This document shows, in pieces, positions 36,261 through 47,689 of a stretch of 64,000 bases of DNA. The DNA is from Candidatus Enterousia sp. GTDB taxonomy: Bacteria > Pseudomonadota > Alphaproteobacteria > Rs-D84. Location of the stretch: contig JAZLAT010000005.1 in NCBI GenBank assembly GCA_045613345.1, positions 135,112 to 199,111 of the forward strand, in the 5' to 3' direction. The translations under genes were made by a program, and so were the position numbers. The notes under the pieces are model-generated. The model saw only the letters and a list, made by a program, of their open reading frames with translations. It was not told where the DNA came from and made no database searches. Numbering within the stretch: the stretch's first letter is position 1; every line of letters starts with the position of its first letter.

Positions 36261-37571
36261 ATGCAAATAACGTTAAAAAATGTTGGATACATAAAAGAAG
36301 CCAAAGTAGATTTGACTGGTCTAAATGTTATTGCTGGGCCCAACGGCACTGGTAAAAGTACCGTAGGCAAAACGGTTTTTTCTATAATAAAATCCATAAG
36401 CGAAAGAAATACTATTGTAAAAGAACACAGGGTTGATATTATAAAAGGGTTGTGTAGCTCGATCTTTTACGCTATTCAAAACAATTTAAATATAAAAAAG
36501 TTAGATCCTAAAGAAGCATCGTATAAAGATTTTCGAACTTTGATGGATAATTTTAATTATAGGCCTTTTGCTGCAACATTGTTAAAATGGTTAGATTCAA
36601 ATTCTTTTCTTGAAGCCAGGGATTTGGTAGTTAAAAATATATCTTTGGTTGAGGATATGGAGAGTTTGGATGATAAGAGCAAATTATCTATAAAAAGACT
36701 TTTGGATAACTTGTTGAGTGTTTTTGTAGAAATTAGTGATAATGACGCTGTAAAAAAATCTTTAGAATATATGTATCAAGAAATATTCAGAGAGCAGATA
36801 AATAATATTAACACACATGAAACGTCCGAAGTTTTATTTGAAAATAACGGTTACTCTTTAGAATACAAAGTCTCTAATAATTCGGAAATCTTACCTTTTT
36901 CTGAGAGACTAAAGATCGTTAATATTGATTCTTCGTTAAAGGAAAGTATTTTTCCAAAAGTAACATTTCTTGAAACCCCACTTGTTTTACAAGTTGCTGG
37001 ATGTAGCGGTTTACCTTTATATTGGAGTGATCTTATTGCTAAAATAAAGCTAGATATAACATCTACTAGCTCTGGTATTAACAAATGGGTTTATGATGAA
37101 ATATCTAAGGTTCTTAATGGAGAACTGATCCACATATCGGAAAAACAAGAATTTTTCTTCGTTCCTAAAGGTACAGATAATAAATTGTATGTTAATAATA
37201 TGGCATCCGGTGAAAAATTGTTCGGTATTCTACAAAGATTATCTAAAACAGGTTCGTTGTCTTCAGATCATTTGCTGATATTTGATGAACCAGAAAATCA
37301 TTTACATCCACAGTGGCAAGTAAAGCTCGCTGAAATATTAACATCTCTTGTAGAAAATAATATTTCCATATTATTGACAACACATAGTTCTACACTAATA
37401 AGTGCATTAAGACAATTTGCAAAAGCTAAAGATATAGTCAAAAAGACAAAGTTTTATTTTGCCGATCTAGATAGTAAAACGATAAAAAACGTTAATTCAC
37501 TCAATGAAAAAGGTGAAGACGTTATTTATAAATCATTCTATGATTCTAAGAACTTTTTACCAGAGTTTTAA
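36261..37571 (+). CDS. ABC/SMC-type (AAA_15/AAA_21-like) ATPase, candidate defence-system sensor or motor
   Basis: Walker A GPNGTGKST (aa 26-34), signature-like NNMASGEKLF, Walker B/D-loop LLIFDEPENHLHPQWQ, H-loop LLTTHSS. A helical insertion of roughly 270 aa lies between Walker A and the signature. Confidence 0.85.
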   Translation: MQITLKNVGYIKEAKVDLTGLNVIAGPNGTGKSTVGKTVFSIIKSISERNTIVKEHRVDIIKGLCSSIFYAIQNNLNIKKLDPKEASYKDFRTLMDNFNYRPFAATLLKWLDSNSFLEARDLVVKNISLVEDMESLDDKSKLSIKRLLDNLLSVFVEISDNDAVKKSLEYMYQEIFREQINNINTHETSEVLFENNGYSLEYKVSNNSEILPFSERLKIVNIDSSLKESIFPKVTFLETPLVLQVAGCSGLPLYWSDLIAKIKLDITSTSSGINKWVYDEISKVLNGELIHISEKQEFFFVPKGTDNKLYVNNMASGEKLFGILQRLSKTGSLSSDHLLIFDEPENHLHPQWQVKLAEILTSLVENNISILLTTHSSTLISALRQFAKAKDIVKKTKFYFADLDSKTIKNVNSLNEKGEDVIYKSFYDSKNFLPEF

Positions 37572-37575
37572 TAAG

Positions 37576-38118
37576 ATGAAAAAATCAACACCAATTTGTC
37601 CTTTTTGTAACAGTGATAAATCATTGTGTGGTTGTTGCGAAGCAGAAAATATCATTTCTGATAAAAATTGGTATTGCAAAGAAAAAGGACACCACGCTTT
37701 TTTGAACCAATGTATTTTTTGTGACGGAAAACATTTGTGTAGAAATGGGGCTAATCCTGATTGTATTTATAAATACAATAATGAATGTGTTATAGCTATA
37801 GAAATAAAAGATCAACCAGAGAATAGTATAGATTACGACAATCTCGTAAATAAAATAAAAAATTACTATGATTATGCAACAAACCAAGGATTAACCCCAT
37901 CGTTGTTTATTTTACAAGTTTCAAGCATTAAAAATGTCGAAAACGGTTTGTATACATTACAAGATTCATGCGAATACGGATTGGGCAAACGAGGATTAGT
38001 AATAGGACAAGGGGATAAATTATTCAGCCCTTTCGACGAATTATCGCATATCAATTGTAAATTTCGTGTTGTAAAATGCTCCGAACTAACAGAGGATTTG
38101 TTCACACAACTTTTATAA
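37576..38118 (+). CDS. Cys-rich small protein with PD-(D/E)xK nuclease-like motif, candidate effector
   Basis: ATG 4 nt after the ATPase stop. N-terminal Cys clusters CPFC..CGCC...C...CIFC..C (zinc-ribbon-like). NPDCIYKYNNECVIAIEIK fits PD...ExK with 14 residues between D and E. The ORF-track start at 37504 would overlap the ATPase gene and is less likely. Confidence 0.55.
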   Translation: MKKSTPICPFCNSDKSLCGCCEAENIISDKNWYCKEKGHHAFLNQCIFCDGKHLCRNGANPDCIYKYNNECVIAIEIKDQPENSIDYDNLVNKIKNYYDYATNQGLTPSLFILQVSSIKNVENGLYTLQDSCEYGLGKRGLVIGQGDKLFSPFDELSHINCKFRVVKCSELTEDLFTQLL

Positions 38119-38343
38119 GTCAACTTTGAATTATATCTAATTTTTAGAATTAAATTCAACCACAATTAGAACCATACTCAAAACCTCTCCACAAACCCCA
38201 TTTGTAACAAGAACTATTTTGCGACAAAATCGCCGTGTAAATTTCGTGTAAGCGATATGTAAGAACCATGTAAAATTTCAGCTCTGGTGGTAAATTTAGA
38301 TACAAAATCAACAAAATAAAAAGTCCCGGGAATCCGGGAAAAC

Positions 38344-38389
38344 TTGGTAGCGGCGAAGGGATTCGGACCCCTGACCAAAGGATTATGAT
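38344..38389. repeat. attR: 3' half of the intact tRNA(CAT)
   Basis: Identical to 34218-34263. Confidence 0.9.
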
Positions 38390-38419
38390 TCCTCTGCTCT
38401 ACCACTGAGCTACGCCGCC
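38345..38419 (-). tRNA. tRNA with CAT anticodon (elongator Met or Ile2)
   Basis: Hand fold: acceptor GGCGGCG/CGCCGCT, D-arm GCTC-AGTGGTA-GAGC, anticodon stem GAGGA/TCCTT with loop ATCATAA, T-arm AGGGG-TCCGAAT-CCCTT, encoded CCA. The T-loop has C at position 55. Confidence 0.85.
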
Positions 38420-38503
38420 ATAAAACCTGCCTAGGTGCCAACGCATTATAACATGCAATTTTCCAAATGCAAGGATTTCATTTGGATATCATTCCCTTTG
38501 GTT

Positions 38504-39457
38504 TTATTGACCTGATGGCAAATATACATATGCCGCCGGCCCCGCAACCACAGGAATATCTCCAACCGATTGCAAAAATCTTTCTCTTACAATATCATAC
38601 ATACCTATGGCACCATCACTATCACGAATTGCAGGCACCCCATAAAACAGTGGTGTATCATTTGCACCCCATATCTTTGCCCAATATATTTTGCCTTTAA
38701 ATGAACTATCTACTGTTCCAATAGAACCAATCAAACAATAATGCTCAGAAGAAACAAAATTTTGTTGTTCCGGGCTAGCAACCAATTCATTATTCACATA
38801 TAACCCTTGTTGAGAATATTTAATAACCAAATCTTTGTTTGTTTCATAACTATATGTGGCATTAAAAGAACCAAATCTGTTATACCCGGGAAAAATTTGA
38901 AAACTTTGTGTTGCTGGACCCCAAGAATCGTAATGTCCCATTACCCCACGATAATCAGTAGCATTAACCTTTACTTCTATGGTGTGTTCATTGCTAAGAT
39001 AAATTCCCGTATTTATATAACCATCATCATACCTACCATTATTTGATGGATTATCAAACACCAGATATTCCAATGCGGTATAGCCATTTGGTAATTTTTC
39101 TTTAGATTTAATATTCCACCACCAACAATCTGTTGGATTGTCTGGGTCATAAAGCACACATTCAAATTCACCGTTTATCGCCATCTGAACTGCTGCATTA
39201 GCCGTTGTCGCCGTCACCAATGCATCTTTCTGTGATGCGTACGACGCGGTCTCGTCATAGATTGGTTTCGTACCGATTCCGTCGTCTGCGCCACTATCAA
39301 AGGTCATAACAACATTGTTCCCCTGTGCCGGAATTGTTGGTTGTTTCGTTGCAACCGCCGCATCAACATATTCTTTGGATGTTGCCGCATTTTCATTTTC
39401 CGCATACGCACCAACCACACCAAACACACACATAATTGCAATTATAAATTTTTTCAT
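38504..39457 (-). CDS. secreted protein with tail-fibre/lectin-like features, unknown function
   Basis: Signal peptide (VVGAYA). N-terminal SKEYVDAAVATKQ and C-terminal KGKIYWAKIW...GMYDIVRERF resemble phage tail-fibre/collar and jelly-roll lectin proteins as I recall them. Tentative. Confidence 0.4.
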   Translation of the reverse strand: MKKFIIAIMCVFGVVGAYAENENAATSKEYVDAAVATKQPTIPAQGNNVVMTFDSGADDGIGTKPIYDETASYASQKDALVTATTANAAVQMAINGEFECVLYDPDNPTDCWWWNIKSKEKLPNGYTALEYLVFDNPSNNGRYDDGYINTGIYLSNEHTIEVKVNATDYRGVMGHYDSWGPATQSFQIFPGYNRFGSFNATYSYETNKDLVIKYSQQGLYVNNELVASPEQQNFVSSEHYCLIGSIGTVDSSFKGKIYWAKIWGANDTPLFYGVPAIRDSDGAIGMYDIVRERFLQSVGDIPVVAGPAAYVYLPSGQ

Positions 39458-39796
39458 GATTTACTCCTTTTGTTTTTAATCAAAATAAACCGATGTCGCG
39501 CACGACATGTCGGGGTGTTCAAAAAATCATAGTCCTAATGATCCCAATGGCCTTTTGCAAAGCATTATAACCAAAGGCACCCCAACACGGGGAAAACACA
39601 ATAACGGTGCAAAAACATCTGGAAATCATTATAAATTAACGATGCCATGCACCGAGGACTATGGGCTTTTTGACGACCCAGAATCAAACCGTCATTTGAT
39701 TCATTTTCATCCTAGCAAAAAAACAAGAAATCCGTCAAGCAACAAATTCCAAGAAAATTTGAATCCAACCTTAAAATAGTGTATAATACTTTAACG

Positions 39797-40363
39797 ATGA
39801 GAATGTTTATTGCAATTTTGGCGATATTTATCACTACCACCCTGCCCGCCGCGGCCGCGGACAAGTGGAACGCTTTCACCGGGTACGCAAAAAACCAAAT
39901 TGCATTCAATATCGGCCAAGGTTTTGATACTGGTTTCTTGTTACCACCGCCAACACGCCCTGTGCCATTCTATTTATTGCATCTGCAATATTCTCAACCG
40001 ACAACATTTTTCGGGCTTCCGGCGCGACAATCTTTGAACATTGCCGAAACATTAGGTTTTGGAAGAAAATACGGATGGAATTGGGATGATTATACGATTC
40101 CCATGGTGTTTTTATCGGGCGATGTGCGTCTTTCAGAATATCGCGGGCTTTATGTTGCGGCGGGTGCGGGTGTTGGTCTGCAAGCCCAAGAAAACGAACG
40201 ATTGGGCGCGAAATTGCTGTTTCAATTCAAGTTGTTGGCGGGATATCATATAAATTGCCGATGGGGTATCGAAGCGTATGTTAGTCACTTTTCAAATGCG
40301 AACACCGCACCAGAAAATTATTCCTATGCTTTTTACGGTATGGGTGTGACTTACAGTTTCTAA
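39797..40363 (+). CDS. lipid A 3-O-deacylase (PagL)-like outer membrane acyloxyacyl hydrolase
   Basis: Signal peptide, beta-barrel-like alternating pattern, the HFSNA motif (matching my recollection of the PagL His-x-Ser-Asn catalytic region), and terminal YSF. The GTG at 39779 overlaps a TATAAT box, so ATG 39797 is preferred. Confidence 0.6.
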   Translation: MRMFIAILAIFITTTLPAAAADKWNAFTGYAKNQIAFNIGQGFDTGFLLPPPTRPVPFYLLHLQYSQPTTFFGLPARQSLNIAETLGFGRKYGWNWDDYTIPMVFLSGDVRLSEYRGLYVAAGAGVGLQAQENERLGAKLLFQFKLLAGYHINCRWGIEAYVSHFSNANTAPENYSYAFYGMGVTYSF

Positions 40364-40388
40364 TGCCCGATAACAAAAGGACAAAAAA

Positions 40389-41303
40389 ATGAAAAAAATT
40401 ATTATATGTCTTGTTACGATATTTATGAACATATATTCGCATCATTGTTATTCATCTGAGATTGTAAGTAGAGTCAGTAACGAGGTCAAATTAAAAAAAG
40501 CATGGGAAGTAAGTGATTCCGCAGGCATCGCAATATCTCCTGTTCATAAAAACTCTATATTTCAAACCGAAGAACACAATTATTCAAGTAACGGGGGACG
40601 CCAGGCTTATATTTCTGCAGCCGTGGAAATATACGAAAATGGTGCAAAGTTTTGCAATATGCTGTTGCAACATATTGATGGAGTATGGAAACCATGGGTG
40701 AACACAAACACGTGCCATGTGTTTTGTAAAAATGGGAAACACGGTCAATATTGCGAACAAGACCAACCAACAAATGTCTGTGATGATAGTGACATTAACA
40801 ATATCTTTGACAAACAACTTGGGAATTCGGCATCAAACAGAAGCATTACGACATTTGGTGTAAACACATGGGGAATTATTCCTTTGGCCATAGTTGATAA
40901 AAAAGAGCACGCTATCCAAGTTGGAGCGATATGGCTGGGCACAAAATCAGGGTCACCAAATGATATATCTGAGGCTTATTATCACGGCAGCACCCAATGG
41001 TTATGCGCCGAAGGATACGAAGGCAACGAAGGAAATTGCAAAAGAACCGCATCATGTAAATCATTATGCCCCGCGGGTCAAGGATATCCGGACATGTATC
41101 ACAAAACATGCCAAACCTGTGGTGATGGAACCAGACGTTTTGGGACCGATTATGACGGGGTTTGCCACGAGTGTGAAAAGGGTCAAATTTTTAATAACAA
41201 CGAATGTCAACAAGCAAGAATAGTATCCGCGGAAAAAATGCGCAATTGTTATAAAAATACAAACATTTTGAATTTTAAAGATTGCGCCAATGGACAAAAC
41301 TAG
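40389..41303 (+). CDS. secreted cysteine-rich protein with EGF-like module(s)
   Basis: Signal peptide. More than 20 Cys. The C-terminal half CAEGYEGNEGNCKRTASCKSLCPAGQGYPDMYHKTCQTCGDGTRRFGTDYDGVCHECEKGQIFNNNECQ resembles EGF/furin-like Cys-rich repeats. Confidence 0.45.
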   Translation: MKKIIICLVTIFMNIYSHHCYSSEIVSRVSNEVKLKKAWEVSDSAGIAISPVHKNSIFQTEEHNYSSNGGRQAYISAAVEIYENGAKFCNMLLQHIDGVWKPWVNTNTCHVFCKNGKHGQYCEQDQPTNVCDDSDINNIFDKQLGNSASNRSITTFGVNTWGIIPLAIVDKKEHAIQVGAIWLGTKSGSPNDISEAYYHGSTQWLCAEGYEGNEGNCKRTASCKSLCPAGQGYPDMYHKTCQTCGDGTRRFGTDYDGVCHECEKGQIFNNNECQQARIVSAEKMRNCYKNTNILNFKDCANGQN

Positions 41304-41311
41304 ACATTAAA

Positions 41312-41980
41312 TCACCAATCAATCGGAATACCGCCGTGCGCAACGATATATTCGTTTGCGCGGGAAAAATGTTTACACCCGAAAAATCCACGATACGCCG
41401 ACAGTGGCGATGGATGCGCGGATTTTAAAACAAGGTTTTTTGACCCGTCAACAAATTCCGCCTTGTGTTGAGCATATGACCCCCACAACATATAAACCAC
41501 ACCATCGCGCCGACTTGCCAATGCACGAATGACCGCATCGGTAAATTGTTCCCACCCGCGACCCGCATGCGATGCCGCCAAATGCGCCGCCACCGTCAAT
41601 GTAGAATTTAACAGCAACACACCCTGACGCGCCCATGCCGTTAAATCACCATGTGTTGGACTTGGGCGACCCAAATCGGTTTCGATTTCGCGATAGATAT
41701 TTACCAATGATGGTGGCGGGGTCACACCATCCGGCACGGAAAAGCACAGCCCCATCGCCTGACCCGGTTCATGATATGGGTCTTGTCCAATAATCACAAC
41801 ACGCACATCGTCAAACGGACACATATTAAACGCATTAAAAATATTTTTTGGTGCGGGATAAATTTTCTTGCCCGCCATGTATTCCGCGCGCACAAAATCG
41901 GTCAGTTTGATAAAATAATCTTTATCAAATTCATCCGCCAAAACCCGTTTCCAAGATTCTTCTATTTTTACATCGACCAT
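41312..41980 (-). CDS. ung: uracil-DNA glycosylase
   Basis: Family 1 UDG motifs VVIIGQDPYH, GVLLLN, HPSPLSA. 222 aa. Confidence 0.9.
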   Translation of the reverse strand: MVDVKIEESWKRVLADEFDKDYFIKLTDFVRAEYMAGKKIYPAPKNIFNAFNMCPFDDVRVVIIGQDPYHEPGQAMGLCFSVPDGVTPPPSLVNIYREIETDLGRPSPTHGDLTAWARQGVLLLNSTLTVAAHLAASHAGRGWEQFTDAVIRALASRRDGVVYMLWGSYAQHKAEFVDGSKNLVLKSAHPSPLSAYRGFFGCKHFSRANEYIVAHGGIPIDW

Positions 41981-42073
41981 CGTTCACTCCGTTCACTTAA
42001 TTCCCCTTCCATCAATTTTCTAAAATTGATTTATATGTGATGATTGCGCCGCGTAGAACATACATGACCGAAA

Positions 42074-42721
42074 TCAACGCAAGCAGGCATCCATAGAAAT
42101 CAATTTTAACTGACACGCCTTCCACAAAACTACATCGATATACCCCCGCGGTAAATTTGTTTCACGCACCATATGCGCGAACATATCATCACATGCATGC
42201 TTTGTTTCATCGGTCAAATCATCGTCTATACAACGGATTCCGCTGTATAGAGCACCAAGACGCCGAATCCAAATATCATATTTTACAATATCAACACCCA
42301 AATTTCGCGCCAAATGATTCGCAGTAATTTTTCCAATATGTGGCAATCGCGCCAGATATTCAATTCGTGCCGCATCCGATTCACAATCATAAAAACCGTC
42401 GCACAGCACGGCGCGATTTTCCCAAATCTTGCAAATCGCCGACACTTTGTTTTTATTATGAAACATCCCAAACAATGCATCAAAATCTGCACCATTTTTA
42501 TAGACATATTCCATAATTTCTTTGTGAATTCGCTTTGCGGTTTTTTGCGAAAAACCGCCCGCCAAAATCACATACGCACACATAGTCGCGAACTCGTCTG
42601 CCGAAAACCGCCGCGGGTGTGCCAACATTTCGCGAATTTCATCAAAAGATTGGGCGTCAGAATCTGCGCCCAATTCGCGAATTTTCCGTTCCAAATCAAA
42701 GAACCATTGTGCGGTAAACAT
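42074..42721 (-). CDS. hypothetical protein with helix-hairpin-helix-like motif (possible HhH DNA glycosylase superfamily)
   Basis: LARLPHIGKITANHLARNLG resembles the HhH motif (LPGIGxxTA). Adjacent to ung. Otherwise unrecognised. Confidence 0.3.
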   Translation of the reverse strand: MFTAQWFFDLERKIRELGADSDAQSFDEIREMLAHPRRFSADEFATMCAYVILAGGFSQKTAKRIHKEIMEYVYKNGADFDALFGMFHNKNKVSAICKIWENRAVLCDGFYDCESDAARIEYLARLPHIGKITANHLARNLGVDIVKYDIWIRRLGALYSGIRCIDDDLTDETKHACDDMFAHMVRETNLPRGYIDVVLWKACQLKLISMDACLR

Positions 42722-42724
42722 ACT

Positions 42725-43057
42725 TTATTTTTTTCCACCGTTGCGATTTTTAAAATCCGCAACCAAATCCCAAAAGTGTTTATCATCAGATTCTTTTGTT
42801 TTATCAGATAATTCTGTTAAAAAATTTGATGCCTGATTAAAAACATCTTTTGTATCTGGGATACCGAGAATCTTTCTTAATTCATGATAACGCGCAACTT
42901 TGACCGGGTCATCAGTATGATGTGCAATACTGTTGACAACATCGTGCTCCAAAGCGGCATATTCCGCCATCAATTCATCTTTCTTGGTCTTTTCTTGTTT
43001 TTGCCCGTTTTTAAAAGTTATTATCCCATCGTCATCTATTTCAAAAACATCGGACAT
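42725..43057 (-). CDS. hypothetical small acidic protein
   Basis: ORF downstream of gyrB. Start set at MSDVFEIDDDG (43057) to avoid overlap with gyrB. Confidence 0.3.
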   Translation of the reverse strand: MSDVFEIDDDGIITFKNGQKQEKTKKDELMAEYAALEHDVVNSIAHHTDDPVKVARYHELRKILGIPDTKDVFNQASNFLTELSDKTKESDDKHFWDLVADFKNRNGGKK

Positions 43058-43073
43058 ATCGTTCCTCTTTTTA

Positions 43074-46157
<3,084 letters not shown>

Positions 46158-46453
46158 TGGCGGTTTTCCAACCAATATCTTGCATAATCTGATTGCTTAA
46201 TATACAAATGATACCGATAAACTCGTGTTTTGACATTTTGTAATTTGGATTGTCGCAATAGAAACTTAAAATCGCACGCATTAATTGCGTTTTATCAATT
46301 GCATCAAAAAATCTGCGCCAAAATTCTTGGTCTTCCATTTTCAATCCTTTTTTATTTACAACAATAAAAAACCGTCTGAAAGAATCAAAACGGTTGGAGG
46401 TTAAAGAACTATTACATCAGAAATAGGTAGGCCTTATTCTTTTTATTCGGCCC

Positions 46454-46479
46454 CCTCCAACCACAGGTTGGAGGTTTTT
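46454..46479 (+). terminator. strong rho-independent terminator hairpin
   Basis: CCTCCAACC-aca-GGTTGGAGG followed by TTTTT. Confidence 0.6.
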
Positions 46480-46617
46480 AATGTCCCCACGGACACTGAT
46501 GTAAAACAAGGTTTCTTTAACACCCATCAACGGAACACCCGCTGACAAACTAACAATATCAGTAAAAATACAAAAAATCAAATATAAAAAATATCACTAA
46601 TCACTTACACTAACACC

Positions 46618-47688
46618 CTAACTCAAAAATGCTGTGATTTGGTCTTGCATTTGGAATGTGCCCATGACAATCCATGCAATCACTGCGGATATCAACAAAA
46701 TTCCAATCGTGTTCAACGCATTTGATACAGACTCTATTTTCTTGACCGAATTTTCCAAATAGTCATTCGAAATCTGGGTCAGGTTTTTATCAAACTCTGT
46801 CATATCGGCATAGATGGTTAAATCACCAATCAATTCAGCATTTGGAAAATCCATACCTGTATTTTCCAGTGCATTCCCTAAATTATCGCCGTTCGCAATA
46901 TAGTGCAATGTTTCGTCCAAGATACGCCGCAAATATCGATTTGAATTATCTGCCAATATTCGCATCGCATCGGGAATCGCCACACCCGATGACACCATCG
47001 CGGCAAGTGACATCATCCAACCAACCGACAATCTTATTTTATAAATATTCCACGGCGGCAATTTATCCAACACAACGCGCAACCGCCCAGACAATCGTGG
47101 CAAAGACCACCAAACAAAAAATCCAAGTATCACAAAAGCCGCCGCAACAATATGCCAATACCGCGCAGATAATTCTGACAACCATATCAATGACGCCGCC
47201 CAACCCGTCCAAACCATATTTTCACCGGCGACTTCTGCCAATGGCGGGACAAGATAAAGCCCCACCATAATAATTATACCAAACACCAAAACCAATAATA
47301 AAAGCGGATATGCCACTGCGCCAAACACGGCACTGGTGATTCTTTTGTTTGCGGTAATAATGTGACCAACATTTTCCAGCGCGACAATCAAACTAGACAT
47401 ATTGCCACTGGTCAACAACAGTGTTTCTTCGGACGGAATCCAACCACGTGTAGCCTCGGCAAAACTTTTACCGCGTTCAAGGTTTTTTTCCCATTCGCGC
47501 ATACAAATCGCAAAAGGCTCATTCGGTTTCGCGCCGCCATGCGATTCTATCATCTGTAACCGGTTCAGCGCGTTCACCAAAGTAAAATCGTTCTTTAACA
47601 AAGATACCAATTTGCGCCAAATAGATATTCGTTTTTCCTTGCTGAAACGACAGACCATTTTGGCATAGAATATTTCAAGTTTATTCAT
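46618..47688 (-). CDS. GspF/PilC-family polytopic platform protein (R64 PilR / TcpE / BfpE-like)
   Basis: 356 aa with cytoplasmic helical domains alternating with TM helices in the T2SS-F arrangement. ATG lies 1 nt after the stop of the upstream GspE-type ATPase. The ORF-track start at 47748 overlaps the ATPase gene. Confidence 0.7.
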   Translation of the reverse strand: MNKLEIFYAKMVCRFSKEKRISIWRKLVSLLKNDFTLVNALNRLQMIESHGGAKPNEPFAICMREWEKNLERGKSFAEATRGWIPSEETLLLTSGNMSSLIVALENVGHIITANKRITSAVFGAVAYPLLLLVLVFGIIIMVGLYLVPPLAEVAGENMVWTGWAASLIWLSELSARYWHIVAAAFVILGFFVWWSLPRLSGRLRVVLDKLPPWNIYKIRLSVGWMMSLAAMVSSGVAIPDAMRILADNSNRYLRRILDETLHYIANGDNLGNALENTGMDFPNAELIGDLTIYADMTEFDKNLTQISNDYLENSVKKIESVSNALNTIGILLISAVIAWIVMGTFQMQDQITAFLS

Positions 47689-47689
47689 A

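Larger units (their letters stand above)
34218..38389. mobile_element. 4.2-kb integrative mini-island in tRNA(CAT): integrase plus two-gene ATPase/nuclease-like cargo
   Basis: Perfect 46-bp direct repeats, one inside an intact tRNA. A tyrosine integrase sits next to attL. The cargo genes are visibly more AT-rich than the flanks. Confidence 0.8.

Noticed and set aside
37504-37575. Upstream start (37504) for the Cys-rich island gene, overlapping the ATPase gene by 68 nt
   Set aside because: The in-frame ATG at 37576 lies 4 nt after the ATPase stop, which fits translational coupling. It also begins the Cys-rich domain cleanly (MKKSTPICPFC). The upstream extension is just the alternative frame of the ATPase 3' end.
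39507-39779. 90-aa plus-strand ORF in the gap between the secreted protein gene and the PagL-like gene
   Set aside because: No RBS, a hydrophilic low-complexity translation, and it occupies a divergent promoter region ending at a TATAAT box. Likely non-coding.
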